64,000 bases of DNA from Holosporaceae bacterium (lineage in GTDB: Bacteria; Pseudomonadota; Alphaproteobacteria; UBA3830): positions 727 to 64,726 of the forward strand of contig JAIRMQ010000029.1 of assembly GCA_031258575.1 (NCBI GenBank). Reading direction: 5' to 3'. Numbering within the stretch: position 1 is the stretch's first letter; each line of letters opens with the position of its first letter. This document shows positions 1 through 11,191 of this stretch, piece by piece. The notes below the pieces were generated by a model. It was given only the letters and a program-made list of their open reading frames with translations. It searched no databases and was not told the DNA's origin. The translations under genes and the position numbers were made by a program.

Positions 1-1942
<1,942 letters not shown>

Positions 1943-1943
<1 letters not shown>

Positions 1944-3817
1944 TGGTTCGCAGAGCAAGGAAGATATTTTTAAATAAACGTAGAAAAATATATTATCTGT
2001 TTTTCTACTGCGCGATCTTTGTCTTAGTTGTTGGCTTTTTCGCTTTTATATTTCTTATCCATGATATGCCAGATCTTAATAATCTGGAAACTAAAGGTCG
2101 GCGCGCTAGTATTATTTTTGAATCTTATGATGGTAAAAATATCGCCACCTACGGAGATTTATTCCGAAATACGGTGAAAGTCGATAAACTACCACGATAT
2201 GTTGGAGAGGCCGTTATAGCTATCGAAGATCGTCGATTTTTCAAGCATTGTGGAGTAGATTTCCTTGGAATTTTACGCGCCATGTGGATGAATATTTTAA
2301 GTCGTAGAATAGTGCAAGGTGGATCCACTTTAACGCAGCAGTTGGCGAAGAATTTATTCTTGTCTCAAAGCCGCTCTATAAAAAGAAAAGTACAAGAACT
2401 TATTCTAGCTTTCTGGCTGGAGAAAAAATTTTCTAAAAAACAAATACTATCGATCTATCTTAACCGTGTGTATTTCGGAGGTGGAGCCTATGGAATAGAC
2501 GCAGCAGCATACAGATTTTTTGGTAAGAAATCTGAAAAATTAACGTTGTATGAAGCTGCAAAACTGGCCGGAGTACTAAAATCTCCCGCTCTCTATTCAC
2601 CTTTTTATAATGTAGATAAATCTGATAAAAGAACCACGCTTGTCCTAACCTGCATGGTCGAAGCAGAATACATATCCGAAGCAGAAAAGAAAGAAGCAAT
2701 GCTTGAAAAAGAAAGATTGAGCAGACTTTCTATTCCGATGGATGAAAATAGATATTTCACAGATTGGGCCTTAGAACAAGTTCAAGAATTAGTTGGAATG
2801 GGAGAAGAAGATTTAGTTGTAAGAACCACTCTTGATTCACAATTGCAGAAAAACGCGACCTATGTAATTCGAAAAGTCTTGAACGAATATGGATTCAAAA
2901 ACGGAGCTGAGCAAATGGCTCTAGTCGCGCTTGATAAAACCGGCGCTGTACGCGCGATGGTTGGAGGACATACCTATAGTACAAGTCAATATAATCGTGC
3001 ACTCGCGCTCAGATCTTTCGGATCAGCTTTTAAATATTTCGTATTTGTAACGGCTCTGGAGCATGGCTTTGACATTTATGATCATGTTAGTGATATGCCG
3101 ATTACGATTGGAAGTTGGTCCCCTAAAAACTATCATTATCAAAGCGTAGGGAGTATTAGTCTACTTGACGCTTTTGTTAAGTCTGTCAATACTTGTACTG
3201 TTAGATTAGCGCAAAAAATCGGAATGGAAGCAATAATAAACAAAGCGCATGCTCTCGGAATTACAAGTGAAATTAGTCCGAATCTGGCTTCTGCCTTAGG
3301 AGCAGGAGGAGTAAATTTGCTTGAAATGACAGCAGCCTATGGTGCAACTATGATTAATGGAAACAGAATGTTCCCCTTCGGAATTATAAGCATAAAAACT
3401 CAGAAAGGCAAAATTCTGTATCGTGCTTATAAAAAATCGGATCAATCAGTTATTTCTCCAGAGAATTGCGAAAAAATGAGAATAATGATGGGATCGCTAA
3501 TGGAGCGCGGAACGGGAAAAAGAGCAAAAATTCCAATTGCCTGTTACGGAAAAACGGGGACTAGCAATGATAGCAGAGACGCAAGTTTTATTGGATTTTC
3601 CAGTCCATTAGTTGCGGGAGTATGGGTCGGAAATGACGACAATACTCCTATGAATCAGAAAATGACCGGGGGAATTTTGCCAGCAATCGTCTGGAGAGAT
3701 TTTATGATGATATCCTTTGGATATCAGAAGCCAATAGATGTCATTCAAATAAACGCTCCTAATTCAGCTAAGCTGAAGCGCCGTAGCATAAAATCTCTCA
3801 TACACGAATTATCCTAA
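1943..3817 (+). CDS. Class A penicillin-binding protein (glycosyltransferase + transpeptidase, PBP1A-like)
   Basis: N-terminal TM helix. GT51 motifs EDRRFFKHCGVD and GGSTLTQQLAKN. Transpeptidase motifs SAFK (SxxK), SVN (SxN) and KTGTS (KTG). The ATG overlaps the gyrB stop (TAATG). Confidence 0.93.
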
Positions 3818-3916
3818 AAATATAAGCTTTTTCCAAAAGGAATGAATATTTAAAAAAGATCTGGCATATCAGCTTTCGTTACAGTATAATGCCGGCGTTT
3901 TTCTAGGATAAAATTT

Positions 3917-5599
3917 ATGGAAGAAGATAAGCGTAATCTAGTAGTATTTTTTGTCATATCCATGTTGATTATGGTGGGATATCCATATTTCATGGGAATG
4001 AACAACAGCGTGGATAAAATAGTTACTCAGTCTTCCGAATGCAAAACTTCGAAGCCTGCCGAAGTCATTCCAAAAATTCCCCCGAAAAGTCAAAAAATAG
4101 AAACTATTAAGCTTGAATCGACGTGCTTAATTGGAGCTATCTCAAATCGCGGAGTGAAAATAGAAAAGGTTTCCTTAAAGAATTACGCTGATAAAGACAA
4201 ACAAAACGTTCCTGTTTTAAATAATGATAAATTAAATTATTACGCTCAAATTAACTGGAAATCTGATGATCCAAACACTATTCTCCCAAACGAAAATACT
4301 TGCTGGAAAGCGAGTTCTCTAAAACTTTCTGAATCTTCTCCCGTAATTTTTACATGGGATAATGGAAACGGCTTATATTTCGAAAGACAGATATCAGTTG
4401 ATAAAAAATATCTTATTACCATTGTTGATAAAGTTAAGAACTACGGACCGGAGAAAGTCTCTCTTACTTCTTCCGCCCTTATCTATCGTGATTTAGAGAA
4501 AATTCCAGATAATTCCGTATGTTATGAAGGTCCACTCGGGTATATCGATGGAAAATTGGAAGAAATAAAATATGAAGACATATCCAAGAGTCGCGATATA
4601 TTCAATGGAGTTAAAACCCTTCGCCTTAAAACTCACGGAGGATGGTTCGGACTAACCGATAAGTATTGGTTAGTAGCATTTATTCCTAGCAATCAAAAAG
4701 AGGATTACAGCGTAGACTTTAAACACTTCTCAGAAACTGGAAAAGAGTCCTATGGAATGGAAAACTCCGAAGCATTTTTAATACCTTCTTCCACCGAAAT
4801 TTCCAAAACTTATCATCTTTTTGTCGGCGCTAAAGAAATAAACACCTTGGACGCATACGAAACAGAGCTAAACGTGAAACACTTCGACTTAGCGATAGAT
4901 TTTGGATGTTTATATATTCTTACAAAGCCTCTGCTTTATGCACTGGCCTATATGAAAAATCTTGTAGGAAATATGGGAATTGGAATACTGTTGCTTACTT
5001 TACTTATTAAACTGCTACTTTTTCCATTGGCAAATAAATCATATCGTTCGATGAATAGAATGAGTGCCCTTCAACCAAAAATTCTAGAGCTGAAAAAGAA
5101 ATATGAAGGAGATAATTTAAGACTCGGTCAGGCTGTTTCCGAGTTGTACAAAAAAGAAAAAATTAACCCCATTGGAGGATTTTTCTTAATTTTGCTTCAA
5201 TCTCCAGTTTTGTTTGCTCTTTATAAAGTTCTCTATATATCGATAGAAATGAGGCAGTCTCCTTTTATAGGATGGATCAAAGATTTGTCTCTACCAGATT
5301 CAGCTTATATATTTAACCTGTTCGGATTAATTCCCGTGGAATTACCGAGTTTCCTTCAAATAGGAATTTGGCCGTTATTAATGGGATTATCGATGTGGTT
5401 ACAACAGAAAATGAGTTCTGTATCGATGGATGCCTCTCAAGAAAAGATGATGCTTATTATGCCGATAATGTTTACTTTCATGTTCGCACAATTACCTTCC
5501 GGGCTGGTGATTTATTGGACTTTTAGTAACATTTTGGGAATGATTCAACAGCATGTAATAAAAAAAATGGATGTTGTTAAAAACCACAAAAAATCATGA
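3917..5599 (+). CDS. yidC: Membrane protein insertase YidC
   Basis: 560 aa with an N-terminal TM helix, a large periplasmic domain and the C-terminal 5-TM insertase core (LLFPLANKSYRSMNRMSALQPK, PSGLVIYWTFSNILGMIQQ). Confidence 0.95.
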   Translation: MEEDKRNLVVFFVISMLIMVGYPYFMGMNNSVDKIVTQSSECKTSKPAEVIPKIPPKSQKIETIKLESTCLIGAISNRGVKIEKVSLKNYADKDKQNVPVLNNDKLNYYAQINWKSDDPNTILPNENTCWKASSLKLSESSPVIFTWDNGNGLYFERQISVDKKYLITIVDKVKNYGPEKVSLTSSALIYRDLEKIPDNSVCYEGPLGYIDGKLEEIKYEDISKSRDIFNGVKTLRLKTHGGWFGLTDKYWLVAFIPSNQKEDYSVDFKHFSETGKESYGMENSEAFLIPSSTEISKTYHLFVGAKEINTLDAYETELNVKHFDLAIDFGCLYILTKPLLYALAYMKNLVGNMGIGILLLTLLIKLLLFPLANKSYRSMNRMSALQPKILELKKKYEGDNLRLGQAVSELYKKEKINPIGGFFLILLQSPVLFALYKVLYISIEMRQSPFIGWIKDLSLPDSAYIFNLFGLIPVELPSFLQIGIWPLLMGLSMWLQQKMSSVSMDASQEKMMLIMPIMFTFMFAQLPSGLVIYWTFSNILGMIQQHVIKKMDVVKNHKKS

Positions 5600-6177
5600 T
5601 AAAGCTTCCGTTGGAATGTAAATTCGTAGCTGGAGTAACTTCGGTCGATCAAATTCCAAAGAGCATTTATATGCCGGAAGTCGCGTTTGCCGGAAGATCT
5701 AACGTCGGAAAATCATCTCTGATAAACGCTTTAGTTGGACAAAAGAAATGTGCGCGAGTATCTGCTTCTCCTGGTTCAACACGGCAGATAAATTTTTTTT
5801 TGTTCGCCAATAAGGTTTTTTTAGTAGATCTTCCTGGATATGGCTATGCATCCATCTCTAAGTCTGTCAGAAAAGCCTGGGATAATTTATTACTAACTTA
5901 TTTGAAAGAAAGGCCAAATTTACGAAGAGTATTTTTATTAATAGATTCTCGTCATGGAATAAAAAAGAACGATGAAGAAATGATGGAGGTACTTAATAAT
6001 ACTGCTGTTGTTTACCAAATTGTTCTTACTAAAATCGATAAAATTAATAATGCTGCAATTATTCGTAGCGAAATAGAAGAGCGAATTTCTAATTTTGCTG
6101 CGGCCTATCCCTCAGTACTTTTAACTAGCGTGAAAAAGTCCATAGGTATGCAGGAACTTCGCAAAAATATTTTATGA
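5596..6177 (+). CDS. engB: Ribosome biogenesis GTPase EngB/YihA
   Basis: G1 GRSNVGKSSLINAL, G3 DLPGYG, G4 TKIDK. The start overlaps the yidC stop (ATGA). Confidence 0.92.
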   Translation: MIKLPLECKFVAGVTSVDQIPKSIYMPEVAFAGRSNVGKSSLINALVGQKKCARVSASPGSTRQINFFLFANKVFLVDLPGYGYASISKSVRKAWDNLLLTYLKERPNLRRVFLLIDSRHGIKKNDEEMMEVLNNTAVVYQIVLTKIDKINNAAIIRSEIEERISNFAAAYPSVLLTSVKKSIGMQELRKNIL

Positions 6178-6178
6178 G

Positions 6179-7027
6179 TTAAAAAACAGCGGTCATTACT
6201 AGGGTAGTCCATCCTTTGTAGTCGTATTTAAATTTTAGTTTTAATCCTATGGATAAATATTTTTGTAGAACACTGTCGTCGTCTGATGTAAAACCAGACA
6301 AAATCAAAACGCTGTCTTTATTCAGAAAGGACGATACCGACTCAGCCATGGAAATTAAAGGCTCCGCAAGGATATTAGCAATTATAAAATCATATTTTTT
6401 ATAAACTTCCTGAGATATGTTTTGAAAGGCATTTATTCTATGCGCCACATTGTTTAAAGCGATATTTTTTTGAGAGACGAGTACAGCTTCTTCATCAAGG
6501 TCGCAAGCATCGATATGTCTTGCTCCGAGCTTTGCTAGAGCGACGCTTAGAATACAGGAACCGCACCCGATATCCAAAATATTTCTATGTTTTTCGTTAT
6601 CGAAAAAAGTTTGGCATGCGATCAAGCAACGATTAGTCGTTGGATGAGCTCCCGTTCCAAACGCTGTTGCAGCGGAAATTTCCATAATAATTTTATCCTT
6701 GGGGAAAAGATGTATGTCTTTTCGCAGATGCGGACCATATATAAAAAAATCTCCGACAATAATTGGCCTGAATGTTTCGAAATTTTTTTTCAGCCAATCT
6801 TCCTCCTGTAACTCTTCAATTTCAAGACCAGTGTATTTATAATCTCGAAGAAGAGAACGAATTTTGTAATCATCCAAAGGATTAATACTTAATATCTCGA
6901 TAATCCAATTATTTTCTTTTTCTGCACAAGAAACTGATGAATAATTTTCAAATAGAAGATCGGTTATTTCAAAAGCGTCGTTTACTCCGAAATTTCCTAT
7001 AGTGCATTTGTAGACTTTTTCTGTCAT
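6179..7027 (-). CDS. prmA: Ribosomal protein L11 methyltransferase
   Basis: PrmA signature FGTGAHPTTNRC and SAM motif LDIGCGSCILS. Confidence 0.92.
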   Translation of the reverse strand: MTEKVYKCTIGNFGVNDAFEITDLLFENYSSVSCAEKENNWIIEILSINPLDDYKIRSLLRDYKYTGLEIEELQEEDWLKKNFETFRPIIVGDFFIYGPHLRKDIHLFPKDKIIMEISAATAFGTGAHPTTNRCLIACQTFFDNEKHRNILDIGCGSCILSVALAKLGARHIDACDLDEEAVLVSQKNIALNNVAHRINAFQNISQEVYKKYDFIIANILAEPLISMAESVSSFLNKDSVLILSGFTSDDDSVLQKYLSIGLKLKFKYDYKGWTTLVMTAVF

Positions 7028-7542
7028 TGGCTAGCGATTTGCGGAGAAAGCATCATCATAATCTGTTTGCCGTCCAATTGTGGTTTGCCTTCGCATTTAG
7101 CAAAATCTTTAACGTCGTCGATCAATCGATTCAATAATTTTTCCCCTATTTCTTTATGGGAAACTTCTCTCCCACGGAATTTTAAAGTAATTTTCACTTT
7201 ATTTTCTTCTTCTATAAACCTTTTTATACCTAATAACTTTACTTTATAATCATGATCTCCAATAGACGGAGTTAGTTTTATTTCTTTTACTTCTATATTT
7301 TTTTGCTTCTTTTTCGCGATAGTTTTTTTCTTCTGAAGCTCATATTTTAACTTTCCATAGTCGATAATCTTGCAAACAGGAGGATTTGCCTGAGGAGCTA
7401 TCTCTACGAGATCCAATCCAACTTCTTTGGCCTTGAGTATCGCCTCTCTTACACTAACTATTCCGACGGGAGCTCCGTCTTGATCTATTAACCGCACCTG
7501 AAAAGCGGTGATTGCTCCATTTACTTTATATTTTTCTTCCAA
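7024..7542 (-). CDS. infC: Translation initiation factor IF-3 (non-AUG start)
   Basis: INGAITAFQVRLIDQDG, LDLVEIAPQANPPVCKIIDYGK and the C-domain KEIKLTPSIGDHDYKVK. The ORF opens with TTG 6 nt after GGAG (minus strand ...GGAGTTAATATTG...), and there is no in-frame ATG near the N-terminus. Confidence 0.93.
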   Translation of the reverse strand: MEEKYKVNGAITAFQVRLIDQDGAPVGIVSVREAILKAKEVGLDLVEIAPQANPPVCKIIDYGKLKYELQKKKTIAKKKQKNIEVKEIKLTPSIGDHDYKVKLLGIKRFIEEENKVKITLKFRGREVSHKEIGEKLLNRLIDDVKDFAKCEGKPQLDGKQIMMMLSPQIASQ

Positions 7543-7675
7543 TATTAACTCCGAAATACCATGAGGATTCAGACTAATAGCCTTTTTGCAAAAATCAAGA
7601 ATGTTATGCTGTTTTTATTCGGGTAATTGCATTGTTGCAATAGTTTCCGTTTGTCTTTTACAAAATCTAGAGTTT

Positions 7676-9685
7676 CTAAGCGATTATATCTTCATTCAAT
7701 CGTTTAAAAATATCGCTAAGGAATTTAATATTATTCGGATTAATCTTGCGGGATATTTCTTCAGCTATTTTAATTAAATCATAGTTGTTAGAAAAATCGC
7801 TGAATCTTAGCGAATTAAATCCACTCTGTTCTTTTCCGAGAATATCGCCGGCTCCGCGTAATTTTAGATCCTCTTCACTAAGCAAAAATCCATCAGTAAC
7901 GGTTTTCATCAACTGTAATCTTTTCTTTCCGATATTTGATAGCGGACTATGATAAAGCAAAACGCAATATGCTTTTTCATTTCCGCGCCCCACGCGTCCA
8001 CGCAATTGATGCAATTGTGCAAGACCAAATCTCTCCGCATGCTCTATTACTATTACATTTGCATTTAGGATATTAACCCCTACTTCCACCACCGTTGTTG
8101 AAATTAGGATTTTAAATTCTCCTTTTTTAAATCGGCAAATGATCTCGTCTTTTTCTTGCATTTTCATTTTTCCGTGCAGAATGAAAACGTCATTTCTAGA
8201 AAAATGGCTGGTTATATATTCGTATCGTGTATTGATATCCATAAGAGTTTCTGATTCCTCTATAACTGGGCATATCCAATAGATTTGCGAATTAATCTCA
8301 CGCAATCTTGCGATTAAATCATTTATTTTCGATACGCCGATCACAGTTGTTTTGATTATTTTTCTTCCTTCTGGTTTTGTTTTTATAGTAGAAACGTCTA
8401 GATCTCGGTAAAATCCCAGCAACAATGTTCTTGGAATAGGAGTTGCGGACATCGCTAATATGTTGGGATATTGGCATTTTTTAATTAGAGATAGCCGTTG
8501 CATTACTCCGAATCGGTGTTGTTCGTCAATAATCACTAAACCGAGTTTTCCAAATTCAATATTATCCTCAAAAAGCGCATGAGTACCAATGAGTATTTGC
8601 GTTTCTCCATTCTTTAATTTTTTAATTTGCTCGGAACGACGCCTCCGATTACTACTTAGTATTATATCGATTTTAATGCCTAGGTTTTCGGACATTTTTC
8701 TGATACTTTCAAAATGCTGAGTTGCCAGTATCTCAGTTGGCACAAGAAAAGTCGCTTGAACTTTATTTTCTAAAGCGATAAGCATAGCAATAAAAGCGAC
8801 GATCGTTTTACCGGATCCAACATCCCCTTGTATGAGTCGATTCATCGGCTTTCCTGAAGAGAGGTCTTTTTTTATATCTTCTAGACACGATTTTTGATCA
8901 ACTGTAAGATCGAATGGAAGAACCAACTTTTCTAAAAGATCTCCATTTGATATTAGAGGTTTTGTCTTGCAATTGGAGATGGATTCCCGCATTTGTTTGA
9001 GACGGATTTGATTCACTAGTAATTCATCTATCGCTATTCTTTTCTTCGCTGACGCGAATAAAGATTCATCCACGAAAGACCGCGGATTATGGATAGTTTT
9101 TAGTGCCTGTGTAAAAGTCATTAAATTATTTTTAGAAATAGTTTCTGCGGTAACCCAATCTGGAATTTCAGGCATTGCTTTCAGTAAACTACTCACAGCA
9201 TATTGCACAGTACGATTCTGGAGTTTGGAAATCAGAGGATAAATCAACTCAGGCCCTATGTAGTATTGTAACATATTGGATGACGCAATAACGTCCGGAT
9301 GCGTTATTTGAATCCCTTCCATTGTTCTTTGTGCAACTCCACTTACAACAAATATCTCTCCGATCGGAAGAGATCTTCTTATAAAAGCGGAATTATAATT
9401 GAAATATCGGATGGTAATAATATCTCCATTAGTCGTTTCTCCAAAGACTTTATAGATGGACGATTTATAACGTGGAGCCGCGTGGTCTATAATTTTTAAA
9501 ATTACGGTTAATTTTTCTTTGTCTTTAAAATTATTAATGTCGCCGGATCTGTTTTGTACGGAAACCGGGAAATGAAATAGTATATCAATAACTCTACTGC
9601 CTAAACAGCATTTTTCCAATAATTTCTCAGTAAATTGAGATGCTTTCAGAAAGTTTTTAAAAGGCTGTACTAAAAAATTATTCAT
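7676..9685 (-). CDS. recG: ATP-dependent DNA helicase RecG
   Basis: N-terminal wedge/OB region, Walker A GDVGSGKT, DEQHRFGV, and helicase motif VI QLRGRVGRG. Confidence 0.95.
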   Translation of the reverse strand: MNNFLVQPFKNFLKASQFTEKLLEKCCLGSRVIDILFHFPVSVQNRSGDINNFKDKEKLTVILKIIDHAAPRYKSSIYKVFGETTNGDIITIRYFNYNSAFIRRSLPIGEIFVVSGVAQRTMEGIQITHPDVIASSNMLQYYIGPELIYPLISKLQNRTVQYAVSSLLKAMPEIPDWVTAETISKNNLMTFTQALKTIHNPRSFVDESLFASAKKRIAIDELLVNQIRLKQMRESISNCKTKPLISNGDLLEKLVLPFDLTVDQKSCLEDIKKDLSSGKPMNRLIQGDVGSGKTIVAFIAMLIALENKVQATFLVPTEILATQHFESIRKMSENLGIKIDIILSSNRRRRSEQIKKLKNGETQILIGTHALFEDNIEFGKLGLVIIDEQHRFGVMQRLSLIKKCQYPNILAMSATPIPRTLLLGFYRDLDVSTIKTKPEGRKIIKTTVIGVSKINDLIARLREINSQIYWICPVIEESETLMDINTRYEYITSHFSRNDVFILHGKMKMQEKDEIICRFKKGEFKILISTTVVEVGVNILNANVIVIEHAERFGLAQLHQLRGRVGRGNEKAYCVLLYHSPLSNIGKKRLQLMKTVTDGFLLSEEDLKLRGAGDILGKEQSGFNSLRFSDFSNNYDLIKIAEEISRKINPNNIKFLSDIFKRLNEDIIA

Positions 9686-10457
9686 GATTTAAACTTTTGA
9701 AGAAAAGCAAACAGCCAAACAATGTCATTATTACGCTTATATACTGATTTAAATTCAATCCAGACATATAAAATAATTTGTAACTGAAATCCGAGTCGGG
9801 TTCTCGGAAAAATTCCACAACAAATCGCATAAAACCGTAACCAAAACAAAAAATTCCAGAGAGTCGTCCTTTATAGAGAAAACATCTTTTTTTAAATGAA
9901 ATAATCATCACAATAAATAAAATTAGCCCTTCCAATATTGCTTCATATAGCTGACTGGGGTGCCTGAGAATTCCGTCGTTAAAAACAACGCTCCACGGAA
10001 GATCAGCTGCTTTCCCTGGTAATTCTCCATTAATAAAATTAGCGATTCTTCCAAGAAACAGTCCTATCGGCGTACTTATAGACCATAAATCTGAAAATTC
10101 CCAAAAATTAATTCCTCTCTTCCTGCAAAAATAATAAGTAGAAACGACAACTCCCAGAAACCCTCCATAAAACGCCATTCCTCCTTTCCAAACTTTGAAT
10201 ATTTCCATTGGAAATTTCGAATAATAATCGAATTCATAAAACAAAACATAACCCGCTCTTCCCCCCAAAATAATTCCTACAATCGCAAAGCTAATGAAAT
10301 CCTCCAAAGAACTAGGCGAAATATTTATTTTGTTTTTTTGAGACAAAAAAACCGATAGTTTTAATGCGATAATAATTCCGAAAATATAGGCTAAAGAATA
10401 CCAATGAATGGCAAAACCACAAATAGAAAAAGCAACATTTGAAAAATTACAGATCAC
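9678..10457 (-). CDS. lgt: Prolipoprotein diacylglyceryl transferase
   Basis: Polytopic membrane protein with GRIANFINGELPG and HPSQLYEAILEG. Overlaps the recG start by 8 nt. Confidence 0.93.
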   Translation of the reverse strand: MICNFSNVAFSICGFAIHWYSLAYIFGIIIALKLSVFLSQKNKINISPSSLEDFISFAIVGIILGGRAGYVLFYEFDYYSKFPMEIFKVWKGGMAFYGGFLGVVVSTYYFCRKRGINFWEFSDLWSISTPIGLFLGRIANFINGELPGKAADLPWSVVFNDGILRHPSQLYEAILEGLILFIVMIISFKKRCFLYKGRLSGIFCFGYGFMRFVVEFFREPDSDFSYKLFYMSGLNLNQYISVIMTLFGCLLFFKSLNHE

Positions 10458-10548
10458 GGTCCCTCCTTTTTCATCTTTTAAAACAAACTGATTTTTTAAT
10501 AAAGCATTTTATGTTAATCTCGACCGGATTTCAGTCGGAGGAAAGAAA

Positions 10549-11022
10549 TTGGACGCGAATCTTATTGATATAACAGAATCATTTGCTGCAAAAATGGATC
10601 TTAGCTTCAGTAGAATAGATAGTAATGAAATTACTATTTTACTGAAAGAGCAACATCCAGGGTATATTCTTTCCGTAATTTTAAAATCAGATTATGACAT
10701 TATCTATTTCTCCTGCGACATTAATATATATGTTCCAGCAAATAGATACGTTGCAATAACGGATGCAATAGTAAAAACAAATGAAAGAATTTGGTTGGGG
10801 CATTTCGATTTAATATCCTCTGTGAGTCGCATTGTCTATAGTTTGGCAATTCCTTTTATATCATCACAATTGATTAATGAAGAAATAATAGAGTCTACAA
10901 TTCAAATGATAACTGACGAGTGCAATAGATTTTACAACTACTTTTTTATCGTGGTTCAAAATGAAAAGCTTTTCGATATTTCTAGTAATACTCTTTTTCT
11001 AGAATCTGCAGGAGAGGCTTGA
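10549..11022 (+). CDS. Small acidic hypothetical protein, possibly YbjN-like (secretion-chaperone-like fold)
   Basis: 157 aa, with GGAGG upstream of a TTG start. Size, acidity and sequence flavour recall the YbjN family common in alphaproteobacteria. The assignment is from memory only. Confidence 0.45.
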   Translation: MDANLIDITESFAAKMDLSFSRIDSNEITILLKEQHPGYILSVILKSDYDIIYFSCDINIYVPANRYVAITDAIVKTNERIWLGHFDLISSVSRIVYSLAIPFISSQLINEEIIESTIQMITDECNRFYNYFFIVVQNEKLFDISSNTLFLESAGEA

Positions 11023-11091
11023 TTGAACTTGCTATAAGAAAACTTCAGGTTCCTTGATTTTTTTTCTATATGGTTTTATATTTTTGACGTT

Positions 11092-11100
11092 CCCCCCCCC
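11092..11100. repeat. C9/G9 homopolymer directly upstream of a -35 box
   Basis: Nine consecutive C in an otherwise AT-rich intergenic region. One G separates the tract from TTGACA. Confidence 0.95.
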
Positions 11101-11101
11101 G

Positions 11102-11129
11102 TTGACAACCAAAAAATAAGCATTATATT
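11102..11129 (+). promoter_or_regulatory. Sigma-70-type promoter candidate for the 597-aa orphan gene
   Basis: TTGACA (11102-11107), a 16-nt spacer, then TATATT (11124-11129), about 62 nt upstream of ATG 11192. Confidence 0.5.
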
Positions 11130-11191
11130 CAGTCTCGCAGGTGGGATTTTAACAAAACTTCTATCGATATTTTTTAGAAAAAGGGAAGACA

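Noticed and set aside
3880-3890. Shared 11-mer TACAGTATAAT upstream of yidC (3880-3890) and upstream of the ferredoxin gene (45338-45348) as a possible common regulatory motif
   Set aside because: A single repeated AT-rich 11-mer in 64 kb of AT-rich DNA is within chance expectation. The yidC copy also lacks a convincing -35 box (TGGCAT). Only the second copy is kept, as a low-confidence promoter.
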